Source of the DNA: Guillardia theta CCMP2712 | Lineage: Eukaryota > Protista > Cryptophyta | Length of the DNA: 64,000 nt | Direction of reading: 5' to 3' | NCBI RefSeq assembly: GCF_000315625.1 | Contig: NW_005434552.1 | Location: 117,080-181,079 of the forward strand | Part shown: piece by piece, positions 10,662 through 29,880 of the stretch | How the letters are laid out: each line of letters starts with the position of its first letter | How positions within the stretch are numbered: position 1 is the first letter of the stretch | The notes under the pieces: generated by a model | What the model was told of the DNA's origin: nothing | Seen by the model: only the letters and a program-made list of their open reading frames with translations | The model's database searches: none | Program-made: the position numbers and the translations under genes

Positions 10662-11645
10662 ATGAGCGACAAGAAGGTCTGCAGAGAGACAAAGAGCTTG
10701 TCAGGGCTCAACGCAACAGACTTCTTCAAGCACTCTCACCTCGCGCTGCTCTTTGCTTGCATGAAGGTTTGATCGAATGATCTCATGTCAAGTTTGCGTC
10801 AGCCTGATGATGAGCCAGGGGCTGCATGGCGAAGTAGAGAGTATTCTCAACATGTTCAATAGCACAGACTTGGATGTGGAATGTCTGGTCAATCAGAGTC
10901 AAACCGACGGATGGACAGCTTTACATTACGCTGCTAGCACAGGTCAAACTCAGATTGTCAAGACGCTGCTGTCGCATCGAGCTCTTGTCAACGTCGCCAC
11001 GCGCTTATCTCGCTCGACGGCTCTTCACCTCGCCGCTAAGAGGTGAGAGGCGGACGGAGGGTCAATGTGCTTGACAAGCTGAGAGGGGGCACGTCGACAT
11101 CGTCCAGCTCCTGCTGCACAAATTCGCCAAGAATCGAAAAGACTCGCGAGGATGGACAGCACTGAAGTTTGCAGAGGTAGAGGATGAGCGAAGGGAGATG
11201 ATACTACTGATGATGCCTCCTCCTCCCGCAGTCAGCAGGCCATCTCGAAGTAGTCCGACTGCTTGCGGTGAAAATGATGTCCATGCTCCTACAAGTGAAC
11301 TGGATCGCAGAAAACCTTCTGGAGGAACGTGGTGGCCGCAGAGTGAGACTGACTTATCTCTTCCTCACTGTCAGCTGACCGTGCGACAGCCTTCAGATGG
11401 GCGAGGAGATCCTTCATTGCGAGCTCGTCAGCGAGAGGAAAAGCTTTCGACTCTCCAAGGCTTTGCAGGGATGCGACGCCTGCTCTTGCTCTTCTCCTCC
11501 CACGTTGGCTGACGTCGCCAGGAACGGAGCTCACTGGAGCCTTTCGAGCTTGCAAGACTTGACCCTCTCCTCTGCTCCCACTCTCGCCGCCCATAAACAT
11601 TCTTCTCCAGCAGAGGAGCCAGCTGTTGGATTAGCCAGGCTGTGA
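10662..11645 (+). CDS. Ankyrin-repeat protein (multi-exon; 3' end uncertain)
   Basis: DGWTALHYAASTGQTQIVKTLL; STALHLAAKR|GHVDIVQLLL; RGWTALKFAE..AGHLEVVRLL across GT-AG introns. Confidence 0.85.
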
Positions 11646-12713
11646 GTCCAGCTTCTTGTCTTGTTCCCGACTTCTCACGTCTGCACAGCAAAATATTCAA
11701 AGAGAGTTTGCCGAGGCTGATTGTTTAGAGACAGTCTTGTACGTTTTAATGCATGAGTTGCTCTGCGGGAGATGTAGCATCTGCTCTGTTTGCATTCCGA
11801 AATGCTTCAGAGAGAAATTCATTGTGTTTCAGCTTGTGCTTCATGCGTGAAGATATACCTCTAGTGTGTGCCTGTCACTATCAAGCACAGACACAAGATT
11901 GGAGGTAATATGAAGGAATAAGCCTGGACGAGATGCTTATGAACTCAGAGGGGCTTTAGACTGCGAGGATGGAACTGAAGTAGAATCTGCTCTTCCTTTC
12001 CTTCTGCAGTTCACAAGACTTGTTGGTTCTAGATCAAGTTAGTGATGTTTAACTTTACTCTACCTTACTTTGAGTTTGTGAGGCAATTATCTTCATCCTG
12101 ATTTCTTGAATCGTTGAATAAACTTTATATTCACGCTCATGGACACCTTTATTGACTGAACAAGAAAGGCAAACCGGAGCAAACAAAGGAGGACGAGGAT
12201 AGAGCCAACAAACCCGCCTCAATAAAATACTAGGAAACGAAGGAGGCAGCGAAAACCGCTACTCCAACCACGCAAGCGACGGCATGCACGACAAGCAGGG
12301 GAACAAGGATCAGAACAACGAGCAGTAGCGCAAGGCCCCTGCGAGGAGGACGGCAAGACCCATGCGAGAGCGATACTGCCGAAACAGACGAGCACGCAAA
12401 CGATGAAAGCCAGGGTCCCCATACACCGCCTCCTGAGCGCATCCATCCCACTCCGCTGTCAGCGTAGCTCCATGGTGATCCGCCAGGTACCAGAGAAACC
12501 GCAAAGCGTCAGCATGAAGAAGACCATCCGTACCTGCAGTGAAGGGAAGAAAGGCCTTCGGCGGGTGATGGGTGCCATAACTTGCGCGATGATCCGAAAT
12601 CTTCTGTTGGGCGAGGGACCGGTGACGTGGGTCCGGGTGGACACATAGTTTTGAAAGCCCAGTTTGACCTTTTTTTTCCCCAGCGTTTTCCGTTGCATGC
12701 AGAAGAGGTGAAG

Positions 12714-17867
<5,154 letters not shown>

Positions 17868-17965
17868 GTGAGACAAAATGATGAAAAACAGGAGGGGGAG
17901 GACGAGAGGAGGGGAAGAAAAGGGAGAAGGAGGATGGAAGGGGAGGGGAGGCGAGAGGAGCAAGA

Positions 17966-18279
<314 letters not shown>

Positions 18280-18728
18280 NNNNNNNNNNNNNNNNNNNNN
18301 NNNNNNNNNNNNNNNNNNNNNNNNNNNNNNNNNNNNNNNNNNNNNNNNNNNNNNNNNNNNNNNNNNNNNNNNNNNNNNNNNNNNNNNNNNNNNNNNNNNN
18401 NNNNNNNNNNNNNNNNNNNNNNNNNNNNNNNNNNNNNNNNNNNNNNNNNNNNNNNNNNNNNNNNNNNNNNNNNNNNNNNNNNNNNNNNNNNNNNNNNNNN
18501 NNNNNNNNNNNNNNNNNNNNNNNNNNNNNNNNNNNNNNNNNNNNNNNNNNNNNNNNNNNNNNNNNNNNNNNNNNNNNNNNNNNNNNNNNNNNNNNNNNNN
18601 NNNNNNNNNNNNNNNNNNNNNNNNNNNNNNNNNNNNNNNNNNNNNNNNNNNNNNNNNNNNNNNNNNNNNNNNNNNNNNNNNNNNNNNNNNNNNNNNNNNN
18701 NNNNNNNNNNNNNNNNNNNNNNNNNNNN

Positions 18729-19056
18729 ACAGACCTGCTTTCCATATCACCTTCTTCAATCCCTTTCCTCTCCTCCCTCCTGCTCGTTCGTCTCCGCCTC
18801 TCCTTCTCCTTCTGTTCCCCCCTCTCTCTCCACCTCCATCATACTTCTCCTCCTCCCATCCTCTGTCCCCCCTCTCTCTCCCTCCTCCTCCTCCTCCTCC
18901 TCTTCCTCTTCCTCGCTCGTTCTTACCGCCTATTGGAGACTTGTCGCTCCCAGTCACAAACTTGAGTAACAATTTCTTATGCTCTAGGTCCCACTCGCGC
19001 ACAATCTGCATCAGAATCAGACCTTTCAACTCTCCTGCTCCTGCTGCTCCTGCTGG

Positions 19057-19119
<63 letters not shown>

Positions 19120-19163
19120 AGCTCCTGCTCCTGCTCCTGCTCCTGCTCCAGCACCTCCTCAAT

Positions 19164-19197
<34 letters not shown>

Positions 19198-19462
19198 ACC
19201 AGCTCCAGCTCCAGCTGCTCCTGCTGCTCCTGCTGCTCCGTTCTCGTCCTTAACTCTGCTCTCATTCTCTCTCAATTTCCTTCTCCTCCTCTTCAACTTC
19301 TTTCCCTTCCTCTTCTCCACTCTCTCGCGTTTACCTGCCAGAACCATTCAACGGCTTGACTGCTCGCGCTATACCCGCCCGCGTATGTCGCTGCCTCCTC
19401 CAGCCCTTTGAAGTCAAGATTTGGAGACCCGCAAACCAGCACCTGCATGAACAACTTTCACT

Positions 19463-19546
<84 letters not shown>

Positions 19547-22500
19547 TTTCCTCCTCCCACCCCTCCTCCTCCTCCTCCTCCTCACAGCGGCAGCAATTGG
19601 TACTTTCTCGTTCCCTCCTGTCCCCTCCTCATGACCCTTCTGCCTTCTTCCTCGCTCCCTACGTTTCTCTCCCTTCCATTTTCTCACCTCCAGCTCTCGC
19701 GGGCTGAGCAGCTTTAGAATCCCCTCCTGCTCGAACATGAAGAGAAACCCCTCCTTGAAGGGCTCGAACTGCGAGCTGACAGAGGAGGACAGGAGGTACT
19801 CAACGTATCGCTGCACGTACTCCCTCCTGTTGCTGTTTGTTACCTCCACGTCTCCTCCTCCCTCCTTCAGCTCCACCACCCTTCTCTCCCCGAACGACTC
19901 GATCGCTGCCTGGAACGTCAGGCAGAAGACGTCCTGCACGTCCCCCGGCCCCGAGTACTCGAGGAGGGCGAGGAGGCCGCGGGAGGTCTCAGGACTGAGA
20001 TCGGCAACGTCCTGGTGGTTGAGGGGGAGGGAGAGAAGCTTTTTCCATAGCACGAGAGGCAGCTGAAGGTCAAGGAGCACGTGGTTGTAGACGGCAAGTC
20101 CCAGCAGCAACCCCACCAGCATGAACTCCTGGGAGGACTCGAGGGAGGAGGGGTTGAACCAGAGGACCCTCGTCTCCTCCTGCTGGAGGAACATACCGAA
20201 GGAGGGATCGAAGAGCTGCTGAACTATGAGCGCGAAGAACTCCTTCTTCAGCCCCCCCTCGTCAACTCCCTCCTCCCCTATGAACACAACCTTGAGCGGC
20301 TTGAACAAGTCGCTCTTCCTCTGCCGGCAGAGCTCGTCTAGCGCATCTTGCAACAGGTGAGATCGACGCAGTCGGATGATGCAGAAGGCAGGATGCGACG
20401 GGGGGATGCCGCTGCTGCTGGGAGGAGGGAGGGAGTACCCGTCCTCTGCCTTCGCTGCATGAGCCCTCTTGCTCCACAGCAGCCCTCCTACCGTCGCCTC
20501 CTCCTGCTGGACCAGCGAGCTTGTTGCGATACCTATGATCTGCTGCTGCTGCTGCCGGTAGCTAGCCTCCACCTGCAGCAGCTTTGACTTTGCCTCGTCG
20601 TTGAGCAGGAAGGAGAAGCGGCAGAAGCTGAAGTTTGCGCGCCAAAAGTCGTAGGAGGCGACGGGGCCAGGCAGCAGCTGCTGGGCCCTCCTCCACGAGA
20701 TATAGTCAAAGTTCCAGTCGATGTGCTCCGAGATGAACTGGTTGTAGAACTTCCGCGCATCCAAACTTGGCGAGTCGACAGCCTTGAGGGCGTTTGCCTT
20801 GTACGCCAACTCCAGTACGACGATGACGTCCTGGAGGGGCGGGGAAACTTGTTTGATCGCCTCGATCTCCTTGCTGAGAAAGTTGTTGAGGGGGGAGACG
20901 ATCCTCGCGCCTAAGATATCGAGCGGACTGCGAGACCACCAAGACACGATCTGCTTCCTCCGTTAGCTCCTCCCGTCACCTGCTCCCGTGAACTCCTCTT
21001 CCCGTTAGCTCCTTCTCCGCTCCTCTTCCTCTCGTCACTTTTCTCGTCCCTGTGCTGCCCTTCATGCTGCTCATCCTTGACTTCGGCGCCTCTCCATCCC
21101 TCTCGTTCTTCTCTCCCTCACTCTCTTTCCTACCCCCATTCTCTTCTCCCCTCCGCCTCTCCTCCCCTCCGCCTCTCCTCCCCTCTGCCTCTCTTCCACA
21201 CTTTCTCTCCCTGTACCTGCTGCATCGTTGCATCATCGAAGCCAGCGATCACTTTGCAGACAAGTAGAATGAGGTTCCCTCCAAACCTCTCGTTGCACAT
21301 CACCTGAGCAAATTCAGCTGCTCCCCCCTCTGCTGCTCCTTTTCATACTCTTCTTCCTCTCCTTCCCAACCTTCTCCCTCTGCCACTGCCTCTGCCTCTG
21401 CCTCTGCCTCTGCCTCTGCCTCTGCCTCTGCCTTTGCCCCTTCTCCCTCCTCCCAACTCACAGGGTTTTGAGCCAGCAGGATCGCAGCTTTCGCCATGGC
21501 GGTGCAGGCCTGAGCGTTGAGTTTCTTTCTCTGCTCGAGCATCTCGTTGAGCAAACTGCTCGTCGCGTCCACCAGGCTCGGCAGGTTCATCGCGCCCAGC
21601 GCCTGAATCAGCTCCACGTAGACCAGCTCGACTCCGAGGAAGTCGATCCCCTCCCCTCCGCTTCTTGCGAAGACAGCGTTGAGGGCGGAGGAGGAGGAGA
21701 AGAGAACCTTAGTCTGGTTGATGAGCTCCGGCACCTGAGAGCTGATCTCAAATAGTATATTTCAAGCCTGCGACTCTCGCTGCAGCCTTTCTCTCCTTTC
21801 TGACCATCCTGTCCTGACCTGTCCTGACCTGACCTGACCTGACCTGTCCTGTCCTGTCCTCATCCTCTCCTCTTCCCCTCTCGCTTCTTTCACATCTTTT
21901 TCAACATTTTTCACGAGTATCAACAACTTACAGCAGTCGATCTCGTTCTTGACTCGGCAATCAGTTTTTGCAGTTGACGAACAGCAACAGAACCAAGAAG
22001 AGCTGTAAGCGAATCGTTCAGTCCCCCTCCTACGCATGAAGTCCTCTTTTGCCTCCTCTTGCTCCTCCTCTTGCTCCTCTTCTTCTATTTCTCCTCCCCC
22101 TCCTGCTCCTGCTCCTGCTCCTCCATCTCCCCTTGGTATGCCCGTCTCCTTACCGTAGTGATGCATCCTGTGAGTGAAGAGCTCCTGATATGCTCCGATT
22201 GTGACCCCGCTGGTCTGACCTCCTGCTGCCAGCAACTGAACCTGAAGGGCGCGGATCAGGCGATGATGTGGAGAGCAAGATGGAACAAGAAGAGCAGGCA
22301 TTCGACGAGCACCAGGGGAAGAGTAGCTCCAAGACTGGGGAGAAGGAGAGCAGAGCACCAAGAAGACCGACGAGGCGAGAAGGAAGGAGGGAGGGAGGGA
22401 GGGAGGGAGGGAGAAGAAGAGGGCAAGGAGAGAGGCAGGGAGGCAGGAGGAGGAGGAGGAGGAGGAGGAGGAGGAGGAGGAGGAGGAGGACTCACCTGCA

Positions 22501-24074
22501 GGAAGCTTGAGTTCAAGGCCTTGGCGGCGACGGGGCTGAAGGGCATGCGAGCAAGGTGTTGCTCCTTGAGGTCAGCCGAGATCTCAACGGGCGTCAGCGC
22601 CTCCTGGTGGTCGCTCCCCAAGAACAGCTGCCCGTACTCGTTGGACCCGCACACAAACAGGACGCCGCTCGAGTCACGGAAGAGCGTGTGCTCGTAGCCG
22701 CAGGAGACTTCTGATATCTCCTGCTCCTCCAGCCTTTCTACCCTCCTTGGACGATGTTCGTCCCTCCTGCTCCCGTGTCCGAGCTGGCCCTTGCTCCCCA
22801 TGCCGCAGCTGTAAACCTTGAGGTCGCTGCAGAGGAAGACGGAGTGGTTCCCCCCGCACGCCACTAGCTTCACGTTGCTGAGCGAGCTGACCTTCTGCGG
22901 GGTCCAGCTGATGTCCTCCTTCTCGTTCGAGTGCATCCACTCGATTGCCGCGTCCACCCCGACGTTGTTGCTAGCCATGAGCGCGCCCTCCGCCTTCTCC
23001 TGCGCATACCCCATCTCCAACAGAGTCGACAGCATCGCCTGGTTGATCTCCGCCATGGATATCTCCCCTCTTCCTCCCTCCGCTCTCAGCCCGAGCTGCC
23101 CGTGCTTGTTCAGCCCCCACATGTGCGCTTCTCCTGTGCTCACTACAGCAGCACTATGATTCTCCCCAGCTGCGATCTGCACGACAGGAAGCGACCATAG
23201 CGCGCCGATCACTCGGGGAGTGCAGCAGTCCTCCCCGTCCCCGTGCCCGAGGGCCCCGTAGGCCGCCAGCCCGCACGAGAGGACTTGGGATGTGCTGGTA
23301 AGGATGAGGGTATGCGACTCTCCGCACGCTACCTGCATCACGTAATGCTCTCTGAGCGATCGGATCAGCCGCGGGACCTGGGAGGAGCGGAAGGTATCGT
23401 GCCCGCACTGTCCTCTGTCAGAGTTCCCCCAGGTCACCAGCTCGCCGTCCTTGGTGATGAGCGCAGAGTGCTGTCCTCCGCATGCCACGTCCACCGCCGC
23501 CATGGACCTGATGGACAGGTCGTTGTCGAGGTTGACGCGGATGGGGAGGAGGACGTAGCTTTCCACCTCCTTCCTCACGTTGCACTGGCCGCAGTCGTTG
23601 AGCCCGAAGCAGAAGGCCTGCAAGGTTGACGTCCGTCAGCAGCAGCAGCGAGCACAGATCCTCTCTTCCCCCTACCTCTCCATCTGCTGTCGAGCACAGG
23701 ACGTGATTCCCTACGGCCATCCTCGTTATCCTCTTCGCTCCCGCCCCTCCCAGCGAGACAGGTACGGGCACCATGCTGTCCTTGTTTGTCCCCGTGCCTA
23801 GTTGACCGAAAGATCCGTTGCCGACGAGCCAAGCGCTGATGGCCTGATTCAAGGAGGAGGGCTTCGTGATCTGGAGCGCCCTGAACCTTTTGAGCCGGTC
23901 CCTCGAAATCTCTTCTACCTCCATCGTGTCTGCTTCACTCCCTCCTCCTCCTCCTCCTCCTCCTCCTCCTCCTCCTCCTCCTCCTCCTCCTCCTCCTCCC
24001 TCTGCCGACGTACAAGCTGTGTCGTTGACCTCGCTTGTGAACTCTGGGATTATTCTCTCCTCTTCTTCCTCCAT
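18729..24074 (-). CDS. HERC-type E3 ubiquitin ligase: RCC1 repeats with an inserted UBA domain + HECT domain (3' end in gap)
   Basis: RCC1 repeats (ACGGQHS, ACGESHT, AAGENHS, ACGGNHS, SCGYEHT, GxxGQLG); HECT motifs LKVVFIGEEGVDEGGLKKEFF, LLGLAVYN, NRREYVQRY, LLLKFVTGSD; GT-AG introns. Confidence 0.9.
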
Positions 24075-24297
24075 CTCTTCTTCTCAGTACATCTGAGCCT
24101 GCTCAAAGACTTAGGAGGATCAGCAAGCGCATGCCCAGAAAGAACCTCCCCTTGAAAGACCTCACCCCTGCTGCAGAACATCGCCCCTCTTCCTCTCTCC
24201 TCTCTTTCTTCTCTTGTATGCTCTAAACTTGAAGCAAACCCAGCTGGCTCATACATTCCTGCGATCGGACTTTCGGCCAACTCTCTCCTTATGCCTC

Positions 24298-24496
24298 GTC
24301 TCGTCTCGTCTCGTCTCGTCTCGTCTCGTCTCGTCTCGTCTCGTCTCGTCTCGTCTCGTCTCGTCTCGTCTCGTCTCGTCTCGTCTCGTCTCGTCTCGTC
24401 TGCTCGGATCTGACCAGACAAGACCAGACCAGACAAGATCTGACCTGACCTGATCTGATCTGATCTGATCTGATCTGATCTGATCTGATCTGATCT
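24298..24496. repeat. (GTCTC)n and (GATCT)n microsatellites upstream of the HERC gene
   Basis: Tandem repeats seen directly. Confidence 0.9.
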
Positions 24497-25141
24497 CGTC
24501 TCATCTACTTCTCTTCTACTTGCTTTCCTCTTCTCTTCTCTTTCCTTCGCTTCATTCTTTCTTCGTTTCAGGCCATTTCACGTAGAATCCACAGGTTCAG
24601 TTCCGAACCTTCTGGATTTTGCGACCAATTTTCGAAGGTAGTACTTTCATCTGACTATTTCAAACATTTTGTTCAAAAATATCATTCTGAAGATTCTCAT
24701 TGTGAAACAAAACAATTAGTTTTAGTAATATTTTGAAATTATGAAAAATGAGATATTCGCTTATAGCAGGGGCACTTCCTAGGAAACTGTGGGGGCGGTA
24801 GAGGGTGGGGTCCCTATGTCTTAAAGAGTAGGGACTGAGTGGGGAGGAGGTCCACATTTACGAGCGGGGAAGAGGGCACATCGAGAAGGCGCAAGATGGC
24901 GTGGCGGTGGGGCGAGAAGAGGGCGGTACATGCTGCGATGCAGGCTGGAATCCTCCTCCTCCCTCCTGCTCCTGCTCCTCCCTCCTGCTCTAGATCGTAT
25001 CATGCTTCCTCCCTCACTCCCCCTCTTCTCCGATGCCCGGTCCTGTCAAGTCGTCCACCGTGCCAACACAGGATCCGGCAGCATCCCCCGTCGACGCGAG
25101 GATCGGGGTCATGGTGGGGAGCAAGTGAAGGGTCTCGAGGC

Positions 25142-25878
25142 ATGTCCAGTCAAGACGCGGCTGACAATCACCCGATGAAGTACAAGCCCAGAGACGAGGC
25201 ATGCTTCCCCTCTCTCTTGGGTTGAGCTGACCAGACTCTTTCATTGGGCAGGAATTCATGCCTCTAACGGAGGAGCAGAAAACCTTCGAGCTCTGGAATC
25301 GTCTTCACATGCCGTACTCGAGATACTTTCTCCCTGCTCTCAAGCCCATCTACTCTGCCGTCGCTTCCAAGGCCGCCTCTCTCATGCAGGTCTTGCCCTG
25401 CCCTCTGCCCCCACCGGTTGACCAGCTGGCAGGATACGGAGTTACCTAAGATCTTAGACATCGGATCGAGTGTAGGAGAACCTTCTCTGGTGAGGATGTT
25501 CAAAGAGATTTCCTGTCCTCTCCTCCAACGCCGCTGCCTCTCCTCCTCTCCTCTCCTCTCCTCTCCTCTCCTCTCCTCTTCTTCCCTCTCCTCTCATCCA
25601 CTCCTTCCTTCTCCCTCCCCTCCTCTCCTCTTCCCATGTTTCTTCCGTCTTTAACCTGCCTGTTTGTTTCTCTCACGCTCTTCTTGCAGTCCATCGCAAA
25701 GATGCTGCAAGACAGCACCGTCCTGTCGACAGATATCTCAGCGAGAAGCGGTCTGCTCTCGAAAAAGGGCGGGGGGGCGGCGGGGGGTAGGACTGTTGGT
25801 GGATGATGATGATGATGATCATGAGCATGAGTATGTGGATGAGGATGAGGATGATGGTGATGCTGATGCTGATGCTGA

Positions 25879-25919
<41 letters not shown>

Positions 25920-28060
25920 ATGATGATGAGGAGGAGGATGGGGAGGAAGAGGAGGACGAGGACGAGGAAGAGGAGGAGAGGAGGAGGAGGAGGAGGAGGA
26001 GGAGGAGGAGGAATGGAGGAGATCATTTAATGATTGAGAAGGAGAGCGGGTTGGGGTTAGATATATCGTGGGTCATGATGACTGTAATGACGTTGTGACT
26101 TTGTATCAGTCGTCATGGGAAGAGCACGAGCAGAGCAGAATAACGTAAAGAATATAGAATTCTTCGGCTGCAATGCTGGTGAAACTACTTGACTTTTCTC
26201 TTGCTTTACAAGTCTTCTTTTTCATGATTCCATCTCTCAATCTTGCTGCTGCTCCCGATCTTTCATCTCCTCCAGTTTTTCTTCATCTGCTGCTCCTGTC
26301 TCCCCATCTCTTTGTTTGCATTGATACGTTCTCCAGACAACCTCATGTTCGATGCCGAAAGTTTCGACCTGGTCCGTCTCCCCCCTTGTGCTTCGAACGG
26401 TTGACGACTGCAGGTTTCTTCTTCCTTCCTCCTCCCTTACGTCGACGTCTCTAAAGTAGCGGATGAAACCTTTGTGAGTATTCCTCTCCTCTCCTCCACC
26501 TTCTCCTCCACCCCCTCCTGCTCCCTCCCTCCCTCCCTCCCTCCACTTTCGCCTGCCTCTTCCCCCCTCGCTCCCTCTCCCGCTCCCTCTGTCTCCCTCC
26601 CTTATTCCCTCTCCCTCTCTTGCCTTATCACTCCTCCTCTTGATCGTCCTGCAGCGTGTGCTCAAGTTGGGCGGCAAGCTCCTCCTGGTTGACTTTGCCA
26701 GCGAGGTTCTCCTCTTCCTCCTTTCGCTCAAGTCTGAGGTGCATGCAGGAAGCTGATGTCCTCCGACCCCTCCTAGCTGTGAGTAAAGGAGGGAGATGCT
26801 AACAAGAGGCACCGTCGTCGTCATAGTCGTCGTCATCACCATCACCATCATCACCACCACCACCAACCCCAACCATCACTACCACCACCACCATCGCCGC
26901 CACCGCCGCTGCCACCACCACCACCATCAGCATCATCATCATCAGCAGCAGCTACAGTGGCACTGAACTTTGCATCTTTGACCATGAAGGTGTTGGATGC
27001 GTTTGTGCCCGATCGGAAGCAGCTTCCCCCGCAGCAAGGTTGGTCTTCCTCCAGGATCCTTCGCTTGTCACTCCCCTTGACTCCTCCTCCTCCCCCTCCT
27101 CAGGTTGCTATCCCGATCGCTGGGCAACCCAGGTGGAGCAGCTGAAAGCGGAGCTGGAGAGGGCGGGGTTCCAGGACATCACCTACGAGAAGGTGACAAG
27201 GAGGAGGGGAGAGGAGAGGAGGGGAAAGGAGAGGAGGGGAGAGGAGGAGAGGAGAGGAGGGAAGGGGAGAGGAGAGGAGAGGAGGGGAGAGGAGAGAGGA
27301 GAGGAGAGGAGAGGAGAGAGACGAGACGAGACGAGACGAGACGAGAGGAGACGAGACGAGACGAGACGAGACGAGAGGAGAGGAGAGGAGAGGAGGGGAG
27401 AGGAGAGGAGGGGAGGGGAGGGGAGGGGAGGGGAGGGGAGGGGAGGGGAGGGGAGGAGAGGAGAGGAGACGGGGGGAAGCACGAAAGGGACAGTGTTGTG
27501 AAACCAGGTCGACATTGAGTTGGACATCGTTGTGAGCGTCGAGGAAGCGTGGGAGATGTACAGGTAAGAGAATGATAGCTCAGGAGGAGGAGGAGGAGGA
27601 CGAGGAGGAAAAGGTAGAGAGGAAAAGAGAGCGAAGGGAACCGGGAGCAGAAGAAAGGCGGTGTGGAGGTGGAGAAGAAATTTTTGTCCTTTGTTCACCC
27701 CGATGGCAGGGAGTACATCGAACAACTATTAGAACATCAGGTTTGCATATCGATCCTTGAACTTTTCTCTTCCTGACCTCTTCGCTCCCTCCCACAGAAA
27801 GCAGATGTCTCCACTGCCGCCAGGTTTGTCTTTGGGCCGTTTGCTGCCAGTGGACTGACGAGTGAGATGGTAGAGAAGTCTTCATTAAGCACCTCGAAGA
27901 TCGCAAACTCATCAGGGATGGTCAGGTTTACCTATGGCAGGTGAGCTGCTCGAAAGTTTCCTGCGAAAGTGTTCTCATGGTGTTGTTACAGGAGAGCAGA
28001 ATCTTGCTGATCGAGGCGAGCAAGCCGATGAAATCATGGTTTCAACAGCTGTTTGAGTGA
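25142..28060 (+). CDS. Class I SAM-dependent methyltransferase (many short exons)
   Basis: Motif I KILDIGSSVGEP, VLSTDIS, NIEFFGCNA, LMFDAESFDL, RVLKLGGKLL, ELERAGFQDI; stop at 28058-28060. Confidence 0.75.
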
Positions 28061-28245
28061 TATGAGTACATCTTGACGCGGGCTTGATTGTTTTCCTCTC
28101 TCCCTTCCTCCCAACAATCCACATCGCCCCTTGATTTCACAACACATGCTTTAACGTCGTTGTACGTGACATTTTCTCAGTTTATCTCACAAGTTTAACA
28201 GAGGAACTATTTAACAACGGCGCATCCTGCGCATATTCTCTCATA

Positions 28246-28950
28246 TCAGCTCTTCTCCACCCTCAACCACCTTGCATTCATCAGCATCTCAACATCATCG
28301 ATTCTTGCCCCAGCAAACACCACATGATGCATCAGACGCTTCTGCTTCTTCCTCTCGCCCACTAGAGGGCTCGCGAGCGGCTCCTGGCATCCCGCCCGCT
28401 CGTCACACTCACTGTCAAGCAGCTTACCAATCAGCTCCACAGAGTCCACGTGGGGGAGAGAGCACGCGCGGAGAGGACAGGCATCCGCCATGTCCTCCTC
28501 CTCCTCGCGCTCGTAGCTGTGTTCGTGCTCGTGCATCGCAAACCTGTCAGGAATCTTCACCGACGTCCTCTCCTTCTGCGGAGGAGGAACGTGCCCAACG
28601 TGATGCAGCTCACTCTCCTCCAGCATCGCCGGGATGAGCTCCATACTGTCGACATGCTTTAACCCCTTGTCACTCTCATTGGGAACTTGAAACAAAGAGT
28701 TGATCGCTTCTTCTTTGGACCACTTCCTGCAGGCCTGCGGCACGTTCTGCTGCTCGAGCCATCCTCGCCCACCTTTCACTCCATGCTCTGTCGCCTTCAC
28801 TCGCTCGTCCTCATCCATCTCCGCTGCCTCAACGAGCGAAAGCAACGAGGGAGCTGAACTTGAATGCCGAAGACGGGGCAAAACAAAGTCGTTCTTAACC
28901 ATTTCAGCGATCTTGGAGCTACAGGGAATGAGCATTCCTCTCAAAGACAT
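28246..28950 (-). CDS. Hypothetical protein (234 aa)
   Basis: Long non-repetitive ORF with internal repeat HVDS(M/V)ELI..L.ES/DS. Confidence 0.5.
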   Translation of the reverse strand: MSLRGMLIPCSSKIAEMVKNDFVLPRLRHSSSAPSLLSLVEAAEMDEDERVKATEHGVKGGRGWLEQQNVPQACRKWSKEEAINSLFQVPNESDKGLKHVDSMELIPAMLEESELHHVGHVPPPQKERTSVKIPDRFAMHEHEHSYEREEEEDMADACPLRACSLPHVDSVELIGKLLDSECDERAGCQEPLASPLVGERKKQKRLMHHVVFAGARIDDVEMLMNARWLRVEKS

Positions 28951-29880
28951 TACTTTTCCTCACAGGTGACAATCGTCTTACTTCAATCTACCTGTCAAAC
29001 AATCACAAAATATCAGAATGGTACAACGTTGGAGAGTGGGATTGTTTGGAGGGAGTCTCTAGAAATAGGCAAACTTGGGGACTCATTCGTCTTAGAATTA
29101 GAGGTGAAAACTGATAGAGATTGAAAATAATGCGAGAACACTCTGAAGCATCGTTCCGACTGCGAACCTTCACTCCTCTTCCCTCCGCTCACACCTATGC
29201 AAACGACCTCATACTGTACCTTTGATAAATTCGTTGTTTCTGCCCTTGCCCGAGTCATGCAGCTCAGCGATTCGTATGATGTCCTGACATCTCACATTCC
29301 TATCGACTCTCTGCTCATGCCGTCCTCCTACCCTGCCCCCCACCTCCTCGCACCATGCTCTCAACCCAACTGGCTAACTGGCTACCGTGACAGCCATTTT
29401 CTTTTGCTTTTGGTTTTAAAACACTTTTAATCGACACATTTAAAAGGGGAGGCTTCAGCAGCTGTAGATGCAAGATCGCGATGCTTCGCTTGGTCGGCCC
29501 CATATAAATCACTTATAATATAACAACATTATATTAGGTTCTAGAAGTGATTCCGAACTGGTAGCCGATCAGGGATAAATGTTTATAACATTGATATGAT
29601 TTGAACGTGTGTACAATTACTTATACGTGAACCCCAGAAGGGTTTACATCGCGCACATATAAGGCCCAAACATTCTATTTCTACGTCGTTTAGTTTACAA
29701 AAACGTTATTAATTTATAAACAAGTTATATAATTGCGTCTAAAGCCGGTCGCATCAAAGAAACATTGACTACGGAAGCCGAGATTTTGACTGTATGACCC
29801 ATATGTTGACTATAATGGTTAACGCCTGTAGTTTACACTGTGCTTTCTTGACTTTGAGCATGCAGCCTTATTGACTATAG

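Noticed and set aside
12219-12560. Small hydrophobic ORFs on the - strand
   Set aside because: Possible small spliced gene, but no consistent frame or domain could be established
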